A stretch of DNA of 64,000 bases, from the NCBI RefSeq assembly GCF_003918875.1, contig NW_025767413.1, forward strand, positions 868,001 to 932,000, given 5' to 3'. This DNA is from Haliotis rubra. Lineage: Eukaryota. The notes under the pieces were generated by a model. The model was not told the origin of the DNA, made no database searches, and worked only from the letters and a program-made list of their open reading frames with translations. This document shows positions 50,259 to 61,679 of the stretch, in pieces (position 1 is the stretch's first letter; each line of letters begins with the position of its first letter). Made by a program: the position numbers and the translations under genes.

Positions 50259-52320
50259 CTAAAGCCCTAAATGAAACAAGTCTAGATTTCCTAAGGTTCA
50301 GGTTCTTAATCTCCAATCTCCTTTTAAATTTAAATGAGATTATTTGTCAATATCAAAAAGATATATATTCAGACCGTAATCGTTAGTCTAGTATCCCTGC
50401 TGACCGACAAGGTACACTTGTTGTACTGTTGAGCTGATGGTGTCAAGTGCATCCATGTTGAGTTGAGTTACTCATGCATGTGGCCAAAATGTTTAGTTAG
50501 TGTTCACGACCAGGACAATTATCAGCATTAATCTACGTCTACACAAACGTGACTTGGTGGAATCGTATTTCACCTTCTACCCTTTGCGTATTACATGGGG
50601 CTCAGTTTGCTGAACATATGCTTGCTGGCTTGTTGCATGGTTAGACTGATGGGTGTCCATTACCGTGTGATACTGGATAATTAATGTAAGCCATTTGATG
50701 TTAACTCTACATGTGTTCAACATAAGGCATGATTCCTTCATTGTATCTTCTATAGATGGTTTGTTGACATACCTTTACACAGATAGATAATATGTAAATA
50801 TAACAACCACGTGTCATATTCCCTGGAATTCTCTATTAACTATTATAAGACTTTAATTGCCTTTGGTCAAATAGCAGAAACTGCAGGTTTGAAGCAAAGA
50901 CTTTTTGTTCGTCAGATATAATGCCTAAAGTTCAACATATATCCGTCTATCATTATACCGACAATGATTATAGGTATAATTGTGTTTTATAGAACTTGAC
51001 TCTATTTCTCACTGGGCATTATTTACAGCATGTAACTATTCACTGGAAATGTGACGAGAGAACTGCTATTTCCACACCGTCAAAAATATGCCTTCTAAAA
51101 CAGTTCTAGAGTGTCTAAACTCGAGTGTTGATAATGTCCATGCTGAAATCCACATATATCCCGATGCCTGAACTAACCCACAGCACACGGGGCACGTCAA
51201 GCAATGTCTTAGAAATGCATAAAGTACATTGTTTCAAGGACTACTAAATGATGCCTCATAACAGGCAGGAAAATGTATGACATCGCTTTGAACCTTGGCC
51301 TGAACACTAACGGTCTTAACTCCAACTTTGAAAAACCGTTAATGTTGTTATTCCAACGACGTTATGTGATGACTGTGAACTCTGCCTGTCTACACCACAG
51401 ACCAAAATAAATAAAGCAGAGTTCAAAGATACTTTGTCCAACGGTCGTGACGAGAGGCCCTTGTGCAACAGGAACAGCAACCATTGGACTCACGTCCTTG
51501 CAGACGCGTGTTAATAAATGAACGCCCCTGTTCCTTTGAAGATGCAGCTGGAAAGAGATATTGCGACAAACTATTTACTTTGAAATTGGGGCATTACTGA
51601 GCAGCATTAAAGATATGAATAATATATTTTAACATGCCTAACAATGTGATATTCTTATGCAATGCATCTCAGTGCAGTAGTGGTACTTCTTAATGAACAA
51701 ACCTGCCCAAAGCTTCCCGACTGCATATTACACCTACAATCTGTGTACATAACGGGGAAAGACGTCGTTCGTTAACAAAAGCTTGACAGTATAAATATCA
51801 AGAATGACACGAGAGTAAATACTATGGTGGGAAAATCCACAGATTGAAGAAATTACATTTGTGTGTCCGCAGCATCGCTGCTTACACAAGACTAGTAACG
51901 TTTTGATATCAATACGGCGGAAAGAGGACGAAACATGTTGGGGTGATAATTATCTGCACAATATCGATGTCTATACATTCCAATTGTTAAATTCTATCCT
52001 GTGCCCTTACCTCATTACAAGGTGTTTTCACACCTCCCTGCTCACTGGCACTTACTTTAAAGGTTAATTTGGTGACTTGGTTCACAGCGTGGCGTCAGAC
52101 CATTAGCTCATGATAACTATCACTGTATTGTCTGGCCGAGCGTTGTATGGTGGGTATTGATGGCTGCTTTTCTAAATAAATGTAAATTGTGTAAGTGGTG
52201 GGTGTTACCGAAAAACCAGGACACGCTTACAATTTTCGGTAACACTGATTGTCGGTGACCATTACTTCACCAGCATGTCTGTTTTGCCCTTTACACCCGT
52301 TCCGGAAGATAATAGAATCT

Positions 52321-52592
52321 GGCTCCGATTTCTCGAAACAAACTTAAGTCTGAGTTTGACTTAAGTACAAATTTTTACTCAAATTTGAGAAAATGCATTT
52401 CCCAGAATGAACTGAAATCTATATTAAACTCAAACATAGTAGACAACTTGAGTTTGGTGAATAGAATACTTAAGTATTTTGGGCTTTTTTATTTTAAAAA
52501 TGCAGCTGAGTTCAAAATTCAGCTGTTTCAAATTGTCAAACTCAGTTTGAAATTTGAGTAAGAACTTAAGTTTGTTTCGAGAAATCGGGGCC
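52321..52592. mobile_element. ~272-bp MITE (inverted homologue of 17685)
   Basis: ~28-bp TIRs GGCTCCGATTTCTCGAAACAAACTTAAG / CTTAAGTTTGTTTCGAGAAATCGGGGCC; can also be read as CTG[...]CTG. Confidence 0.92.
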
Positions 52593-52679
52593 TGATTATT
52601 TTTCTTTGGACGCTTTCACTTTAGTCCCAAATATTAGGAAATGTAAATAGACTAAAATATAAACCGAAAGAATATTATA

Positions 52680-53331
52680 ACAGAATCTGCTCTTTCCCTT
52701 GTCCGTGCTCTAATTCTCAGCAGACTAGATTATTGTAACAGTCTCTATATTGGCCTCCCTGACACTCTACTTGACAGACTACAAAAAGTCCAAAATACAG
52801 CCACCCGCATCGTCAGCCGTACTTCCAAACACAGTCACATTACCCCAGTTCTAAAGCAGCTCCACTGGTTACCTGTGAGAGCCAGGATTCAATTCAAGAC
52901 CCTCTGCCTCACATACAAGTCCCTTCACGGCCAGGCTCCACCCTACATTGCAGATCTGATCAACCCCTACAGTCCATCGCGCGAACTTCGCTCACAGCAG
53001 CAAAACCTTCTGACAGTGCCGAACTACAAACTTAAAACCTTTGGATACAGAACTTTCTCCTACACTTCCCCTGTCTTGTGGAACTCTATCCCCTTTGACC
53101 TCAAACATTCTGAATCTCTGGACGCTTTAAAATCAAATCTCAAAACCTACCTCTTTGCTAAATATTATCCTCAATAGCCTTTATTGTTTATGTATTATGC
53201 ACCTATTCATTGTAGTTTTCTTGCTTTGTATATATAATGTATTTATTTTAAGGTACTTATGTAGCGCCAAGAGCACGCTTACGAGCGTGGATATGTGCGC
53301 GTTATAAATATGCACTATTATTATTATTATT
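52680..53331 (+). mobile_element. 5'-truncated L2-clade LINE (ORF2 C-terminus, 3' UTR, (TAT)n tail)
   Basis: Open frame LVRALILSRLDYCNSLYIGLP...RLQKVQNTATRIV...HITPVLKQLHWLPVRARIQFK...LWNSIP...KSNLKTYLF* (stop at 53177). SRLDYCN and LHWLP are L2/CR1-group hallmarks; a 3' stem-loop lies at ~53264-53301. Confidence 0.95.
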
Positions 53332-55796
53332 AACATACATGGCAGATATATCATATCGTATATACACTGACGTGAAGCTCATATGCACGGGTGCACACCG
53401 TAACGTCATAAATGTACCTAACTGAAGATTCTCAGTCCTTTCACTTTGAAGCTTCGAGAGTTTCTTTATTCAGCCTTGTGCATAACTTTATTCCTGGGAC
53501 AATATGTTAATTTTATCAAATGCTACGCCTATGTATTGTTGTCATAAGTGCAGCTTCGGCGTTGTCATTTAATGCTAATATAAGGGTAATGCTATTTTTG
53601 AAATAAAAATAGCATTACCGTTATTATTGCTAAAATTCAGGGAATTTGTGTTGAAAAGAAAAAGGAAACAATGAAGGAATTTGACTGTAAGTTTACTCAA
53701 AACCAACTTCTGACGGGGTTGACTGCCCGAATGCAATTACGTCATCGAACAATTCAAGTGACGTCACAACAGAAAGTGACGATATTCGACCTTGGCCTGT
53801 GACAAGACCATAGCCTGCAACATGTCAAACTATGTCAGTGTTCGGTTTTGGTCCAACAACATTGTTAATAGTGCAATTGTTGAGGTTAGCACCAACAAGA
53901 AAGCCCATATTACCGCTATTTAAAGCGGGAATTGGGGTTCTTTTGACTTGTTTGAGCAAGAATATCTGTCAGTCCAAAGCCAATGTCGAATGAACCGTAA
54001 GCCATCACACTCACTATGACGTCACTTGACAACAGAACTGATAGTGGCCCGTCGTTAAGGTTGAGCGGTCCAATATCATTTGCAGCGGCGCTGCAAATTT
54101 CTGATAAATGGGGGGGGGGGCGTTTCATGATAATTCCATGTATTTTAGCTGTAATGATGATCAGCACATGGATATAGAAAATATATACTTTAATATCGTT
54201 GATGTCATCCAAACAGGATGAGACCAATCACTGAAACACTACCAACGACTTAAAATGCGACAATGTTACAATTATAATACATCGACATCGAAACACCGTT
54301 CTGTTTGTTTCAGGTTAAGCCTCATTCAGTTGGAGGGGTATGTTTCAGTATGCCAGGCAGGCTGTGGTCACGCATAACGCTGAAATTAACTTGACGTGTA
54401 TGGTATGTACACTCAGAGACTATATAATATCTTATTATATGATCTCTGGTTCTCAGAATGTAATAGTCTCTATAAATTCCATTGTATGCATTGACTAATA
54501 GCTCACTTTCAGTCGCGTACCCCGATAGGTTGCTATGCTTTTATGAATTATATTTCGAGATATTTAGATAGTATTGAGGGGTTGCCCAACCTTTTTATCA
54601 GCAATCATGTGTAAGCCCGGGCGTTTTTATAATGGTAGCTACGTCCCTGACTATTGTTTTGTTCTTCAAACAATTTCTTGTTCTGAATTGTTCATTATTG
54701 GTATGTAATGACTGTTCTGTGGCCCCCGATCCTACAATCTGGCCTTATGTACCAACCCTGTTATTGTAATACTATTATAGCAACGCTTCTACCACAACGT
54801 CAATGTAATACGCATGTTGCACAACAATGCTGACCAGGTCGAGACGACCTTTCCGAAGGTCATATGACCGCAACACGAACCCCCGCTGTGTCCATCAGCT
54901 TATCGTGGCTACTGATTAGTGACCAGCTCACAATGACCTGTTAAACACAGTGGGAGGTTTGCTTTATGGAGCGAAAATTGCTACATAGGCAGAAATAATA
55001 TGCTATGAAATATATAATGATAACCTGGAATGATGAAAGACTTTCAGTGAAATATCAACAGATGATGATGATAGATCTTGTTGAAGCTTTCATCTCTTAG
55101 TTGCAGAATATATCGTGATTACCGTGTAGAGCTCAGGACTTTAATTACTATGCGTATAGACAGTGATAGAAAATGGGCACCATTCTTTATGGGATTATAT
55201 AGTTGTTGTTGTTTTTATCTTGATGTCTACTTATTTCACCGACATAACCTACACAGCTGTATTTGATTCCTTGGAGATAAAACAAATTTATATTAGATGT
55301 GAATCGGCGTTAAATAAAGACTGTGAATAGCAGTAAAGAAACTCTTATCGTCTGCAAGGGACTCATATTATGATGCAACAAACCTAAAAGATCTGTTCTC
55401 CCGCGTGAGCGCTCATCTGATAGTGAACTACCTGAGGGAAGTTGATCTGTATCATAAATTGTAACTGTGAAATGTAACTATCATAAATTGTAACTGTGAA
55501 ATGTGACTAACAAATTGCCTGCCTTTAAATTTGATGCTATGACTTTTTCTGCTTTTAAATGACAATGTAATGAATATATGTTTTTGAAATAAAACTCATT
55601 CCGAGTATGTACTTACAATGTTTATTAATGCAAACTTGTTCTCGTCACTATATGGCTGGAATAATGCCGATGTGACACAAAACCCAACTCAACTCAACTC
55701 AACTCAACTCAGTAAAGAACTTCAGTGTTCCAATCCACTGCTGTCTGAGAAATGACTTGAACAAATCATGTGTTTTGTATTCATTTCCAAGAAATG

Positions 55797-56020
55797 CAAG
55801 TTGTATTCTTTATTACATACAAGTTGTATTCTTTATTACATACAAGTTGTATTCTTTATTACATACAAGTTGTATTCTTTATTACATACAAGTTGTATTC
55901 TTTATTACATACAAGTTGTATTCTTTATTACATACAAGTTGTATTCTCTATTACATACAAGTTGTATTCTTTATTACATACAAGTTGTATTCTTTATTAC
56001 ATACAAGTTGTATTCTTTAT
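55797..56020. repeat. 23-bp minisatellite (CAAGTTGTATTCTTTATTACATA), ~10 copies
   Basis: Period 23 (55797 to 55820). Confidence 0.96.
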
Positions 56021-56027
56021 CACATTG

Positions 56028-56091
56028 TTAGTCACGATATGGCTGAAATATTGCCAAAGTGACTTTAAATTTTAACTCACTCACTCACTCA
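56028..56091 (+). mobile_element. Very short 3'-end retroposon fragment with TSD CTTTATCACATTG
   Basis: GATATGGCTGAAATATTGCC...(ACTC)n flanked by a 13-bp direct repeat. Confidence 0.8.
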
Positions 56092-56704
56092 CTTTATCAC
56101 ATTGAAAAGATTAACATATTGTAACACTGCACGTCAAAGGGACGATATTTGTCATGTGAACCAAACAAACTTTCCATGATGTGTCTGTATATCTAATTCA
56201 GCAAAATGTTCTTGAAGAGAAACGCAATCATCAGTGGTGAATGTATGCACGGGAAACGTACATGTTTTGTTTTGAGAGAATGAATAAGTAAGTTCCATAA
56301 TGTTTATATCATATTGTTCATCTTTTAGAGGCGTATATCGCACAGTACTTCTCTTTTGCATTCAGTGTTAATGTTTACTGTAAATGCACAATGGCTTTTA
56401 GGTGGTAGCCAAGGGTTACACATGGTATGTTACACGACGAAGTGTAACTCTAAACACAACAAATGTAAAAACGCGTACTAGCCAAGAAAATACAAACATG
56501 GTTCTGAAAGATTCTGTTGGGTTTTTTCGAAAAAGGAAATCAAACGTCTTCAAATTATTTCTACCAAAGTTTGTGTTGTCGTGTTCTCGATATATAATAG
56601 CTTGTCTGGTTATTTGCACATTCCACTAGAGATCCCCATTTTAAAGTGAAGGAAAAAAAGGGATCCACATTACAACGGCTCTAAGCTACCCTGTACTGTA
56701 ACAC

Positions 56705-56832
56705 ATGTTATATTTGGGATTACATATTTTTGTACCTTTGTTGGGTTGTGTCCCATCCGGGATTCGAACCCACACCCTCAGAGTCAGGCAACTAATTACC
56801 AGCACACAAAGTCAGAAGTCTAACCGACTGTA
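56705..56832 (-). mobile_element. tRNA-derived repeat head
   Basis: Minus-strand B box GGGTTCGAATCCCGG and A-box-like CAGTCGGTTAGA; no complete cloverleaf. Confidence 0.55.
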
Positions 56833-57075
56833 CTGTACTGATTGTACTAATACCCTGTACTGTCTTGTGAGTTGTTTTGCCGTGTGTGTAGTTAGTCAAG
56901 CAAACAGATCTATATGAGAGCAGAGCTTCAGTACTGAATTGACCATACAGGAGATCTACAGAATGATCTTTGCAAAAGTAATGATGAGTTTCTAACCTTT
57001 TCCACTTTACACAAGTACCACTCAAGACATAAAACTATATTTATGTTTTTACAAGCCCTTATCATTTTGAATACG

Positions 57076-57215
57076 TGATACGTTTTTATGGACAGCAACT
57101 TCTTTTTTATTATTTATATCAGGTGATGGAGGAGCAGGAACTAGCTCTGAAACGTCGGAGAAAGAATAGAAAGAAGTAAAGTGTCATGTATTCCTGTTCG
57201 TCCAACTTCTAAATG
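57076..57215. mobile_element. Degenerate Penelope-like terminal-repeat remnant
   Basis: GGAGC..GCTCTGAAACGTCG motif and tail CAACTTCTAAATG, similar to 37375-37388; upstream TTTTTATGGA...CAACTTCTTT is similar to the left arm of 37170. Confidence 0.5.
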
Positions 57216-59014
57216 TTAATCTTAAGTATCTTTATCGTGCACAGTTTCATGCAATATGATATATGTTATCATTATACTAGCCTATATAGTGTATATCGTC
57301 TTAATTAGTAGTTTCAGTTATCTCTAACGTTATATGGTCACACATAAGTACACCGTTACGTAGAGTTATACATTGCATACAGGTAGAAATCATTATAATT
57401 TGTTTCATAGTCGGTATTGTACTATTGAAATATTACCTGTAGCCTATTGAAACCCATAGAAATGACTTCACAATGAGATGGTGATTACCCCAGATGTTTA
57501 TATTCCTCTTTAAAGTTCTATGTCTACACAGCTGTTCTCATAACCATGGCAACCACAAACAATCAATACCAATGGGGTATTCATATTGAACTGGTATCTT
57601 TGTCACAAGACAGGATGTTCTTACAATGTCCAGCACCTGGTGCCATGGCGATGTATCAAACATAAACACCTTTATCTGATAAAAGCACGACTGGATGATA
57701 TTGTCACTGATAGCCATCATAAACGTTTGTATTGATGATAACTGTGGATGAACACCTTCAACTTTCTGTTCACGAAAAGTGGCATTTGTTTGTCACCATT
57801 ATTGATACCCGTATCCATGTTTCATGTTTACTGATGAATTTGTATTTTACAACATGGGTTCCAAACGAAAGATGCCCGCATCAAATGCTAAATAACAACC
57901 GCAAATCTAAACCCACATAATGTTTATCCCAAACATCGACGTCAAAGGATATCAGTATCGAATATCTGCTGAAGCAGATTCCTGGATGGGTAAAAATAGC
58001 TAAATGGTGAAGGAAATAGAAAGAATGGATCACTAAAAACTCAGATATTCTACATAATACCTGAATCTAAATATATGCATTAGGCTGACTTTGGGTAACG
58101 GTAAATTGACGGAACAAAGTAATGTCTAATTTTGTTTTTCATTTATTTATTAGTCATATAGTTTAACCTTTCATATATTTATTTTTGTGAGAAACGTATG
58201 AGTAGTCTTATTACCAAGACATTTGTTTGTAACATGGCATTTTGCTCGATGAAACATAAATTTGTCCATTTTGTACAAATTCATTACTTTTAATGTGGTC
58301 TCACTCCAGCTGATGACTTTCCGTTTTTCATGACATTCCGCCTGAGTGGCTGCGCTGTAATTTTCAAAATCCATTTAATCTCAACGAGGTATTAGAAATA
58401 GAATCCACCGAACATTAACCTTCACACTGAAGACAAGAAGCATAGTTTACGTTGTATATGAGATAGAAAATAAAAATCGTCAGCATATCAGGTGACCAGC
58501 GATACGAACAACAATGTTGTTTTGACTGTAAACATGATACAGCCTTGGCATTAGAAGTGAACTTGTACAGCGATTATGTCTGTCGATTGGGACAGAGATT
58601 TGCCGATCTTGCACTCAGTGGGTTGAAACACGGGTCACAGGTGAACCCACAGGTCAACAGGTAGTCAGTCGACACTCTCCGCTGAGATGTTTGTACTTCA
58701 TACACACACATAATGTAGAGTGATATTTTTTCCTCAGATCATTTTCCACTAGCTGACCATACCCAATAAAATGTGTCTGTTTGACCATGTGTTGTGAAGA
58801 TTGAGAAAACAGGAATAGTGTCAAGAAATGAAAACTTTTAAGCACAAAAATACCTTGGAAGTTAATGGCACGTCATGGTAATGGTAAATGGTTGTGAATG
58901 CTTAAACAAGACGGGCATTATTGCTGAAGGACAAAACGTCAGTTAGTTTGAAAATACACTACCGGGCAAATGAAAGTGTACACATGAAAACAAAAAAATA
59001 CATCTGGCTTATAA

Positions 59015-59290
59015 GGCCATATAAAAAAATATTCTTGTTTCTCATTACCGCCGACCCTAAGATTTTTTTTGGATTTTTTACACTAGAGAAAATGCAACTT
59101 TGACTCTGAAAATGTGCACGAATTTTTCACACTTCTAAGTTTTGATTTTCTATCGGAGAAAAGGTGTAAATTTCCACAGAAATCAAGGGGGTTTGGACAT
59201 AAAATAAAATTAAACGTAAGAATAAAATCCGCCCGACCGACCCATATTTCTTTTTAAAAGTGATGAGAAACAAGTATATTTTGTGTTGCC
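59015..59290. mobile_element. 276-bp MITE with TAA TSD (Zator or PIF/Harbinger-like)
   Basis: TAA-GGCCA...AATATTCTTGTTTCTCAT / ATGAGAAACAAGTATATT...TGCC-TAA; internal CCGACC motifs. Confidence 0.75.
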
Positions 59291-61423
59291 TAAACATTGC
59301 AGCCTTCCAGGCTCAAACAGCAGTCGCCGTAATGATACAAACGTAACGTCATAATTGCTACTGTGACATCTGTTTGACTTCCCTCATATAAAGTCGGAAG
59401 TGTACAATGGACTTTTTTAATGCGATTTCTTCTGACTATGGAAACGGTTGTGGCTTCATATATCATCACTACTTAATAGTGATTCATAAATATGTGCTTA
59501 TGAAATAGTCGGCATCTTGTAATGAACAGTGCTTCTAGCACAGATTTATTGTGATTATAGGAATGGTTTGGAAGCTTTTAAGCATAATAACTCATTTGGT
59601 CATAATGCCCATGGTGGTAAATGGTTTTAATTTATAACGGCAAAACTATCACAACAGCTCCAGACTCTTGATCTTCTAGATTTAGATTCCAGATTACACT
59701 ACGGGTTAGGAAACTTCGCATCAAACTTTATTCTATAAGTGTCGTTAATGTGGTTTTGTTGTGATGAGTTATGCCTTGTGCATGACTAAAATCGTATATC
59801 ACCGTACACAATGATGCCTGCATGTACATATTGTCTTGTTTTATCTGAAACACTGTTCAAAGTCAATCGCTCGCTCACTCATCATGAAAGGTTAAATAGA
59901 AACACGTGTTTATTGCGGAGAGAAAAAGGCCAATTATCTTTACATATATATTTTATTATAAATACTTTATTAATAAAACGATTTTGAGAAGTTGAACAAT
60001 GTTAGTACACGAAACACAAACCGCCAAAACGTTCAAGCGCAAGGTTCTCTTAGATGATGCTAAGCGAATGGTGTATTGTGATACAAAGCCATCTAGGATG
60101 ATTTATTGATGTTTGTTGTGAATCACAACAACAAGTCTGGTACAGAGGATTGAAAGTCTCCATGACATACCCTTTATACCAGACACAAATACGTTCAAGC
60201 AGGAAATGCCTACTTTATAGATACAATATGCATTATTTCGAATTATTAATTGCGTACAATTGTTTCTTTTCCGATCCAATATGCTTTTTATATATCCCTA
60301 AAAAATATAGTCAGCAGACTTTAGAACAAGCATTCGAAGTTGGTTTTTGTACATCTGTAAAACTAACGAATTATAGTGAATTAGATGACAACTAGATAAA
60401 AGTGGCAACATTATTTGCATAGCGACAGGAGGTTGGTTCTAAAAGCAGACTGTAGGGTTCCGACTGTGTCATGGGCATGTGTTCAAGAAATACAATAAAA
60501 TCATTCTTTAAGACAGATCTCTGGACTAACTCTAAAAGTACCCAATGCATTGTATTTACAATCAGTATTAGCATAATAGACTGCTTACTATAAAGTGTAA
60601 TGCTGTGTTGATGGTTGTTAGTAACCAATCAGTTGAACTGGAAGCTTTATACATAAGCGCTATTATCGGTCAGTGTTCTACTCACCGTGTGGTGTTACTT
60701 AACACGCTCCATATTGACCACTAAAGTTACCTGACCACACCGTTATGTTATTGACCGACCAACATTCAAGTAGTTGCCATTTCACTGACAGGCATAATGT
60801 CTGGACATAATATAAAATGTCAGTGCTAAAGAATAACACTGCCATTTGATGTAAAGGGTAAAATGGCTGTTAAAATAATAGGAATGGACCACTTAAAATC
60901 AGTGATGCCACCAGGTGATCGCGAAATAAATGTCTTGTCTTAACCATGGCACCCGCCATGCATACAGCCCTAAAATGTTACGCTGTTAATTATTTTCTTA
61001 AACAAGTTTACCCAAATACACAAGGGTCACTGGTGGAATAGTTGCCTAAGATATGGCCACTCGCAGTAAAAGGCTTTTGTCATTTAGGCATATAATGGCC
61101 ATTTGCCTGATGGCTCGGATCCTAGAGTCCAAACTGCTGGTTTGAATCCAACATTATGAGGCTTGGTTTGTAAGTAAGTATCATGCCCGAGAAGTGGTAT
61201 ACGGTTGAGATCGTTTGTATTGTACACTGAAGCTGAGACACAGTCATGTATGGACTCCGGGACAATGTAATACAGTGAAATACTGTTCAAAGGGCGTCTG
61301 GGCGTAAAGGACAATGGTAAATGTATGCATAGACTAACGTTCTAAATCGCTATCAAATATTCAGTTCAAAACCTCATTTGGCCAAAAACGTATAATAAAG
61401 AGTTGTCCATTTCCAAAATTAGA

Positions 61424-61651
61424 GACCTGTGAAGATCCGGGTTCCAGTAACCCTTGCTTGTTCTAAGAGGCGGCTAACAGGATCGGGTGGTTAGGCTCGC
61501 TGATTTGGTTGACACATGTTCGTATCCCAATGGCGTAGTTGCAGTTGCAATCATTGTATTGTTTGGTCCAGACTCGAATATTTACAGACCACCGCCATAT
61601 AGCTGGAATATTGCTGAGTGCAGCGTTAACTAACCAACGAAACAAAACAAA
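61424..61651 (+). mobile_element. Family B retroposon (internally deleted)
   Basis: GACCTGTGAAGATCCGGGTT head and CCATATAGCTGGAATATTGCTGAGTG tail. Confidence 0.85.
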
Positions 61652-61679
61652 CCATATCCCAAATCATGACTGCGCTTGC

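Noticed and set aside
53576-53629. AT-rich palindrome (also one at ~54412-54450)
   Set aside because: Probably an end of a decayed non-autonomous DNA element, but no boundaries or second copy could be established.
55757-56075. Three overlapping repetitive ORFs
   Set aside because: Translation of a 23-bp minisatellite.
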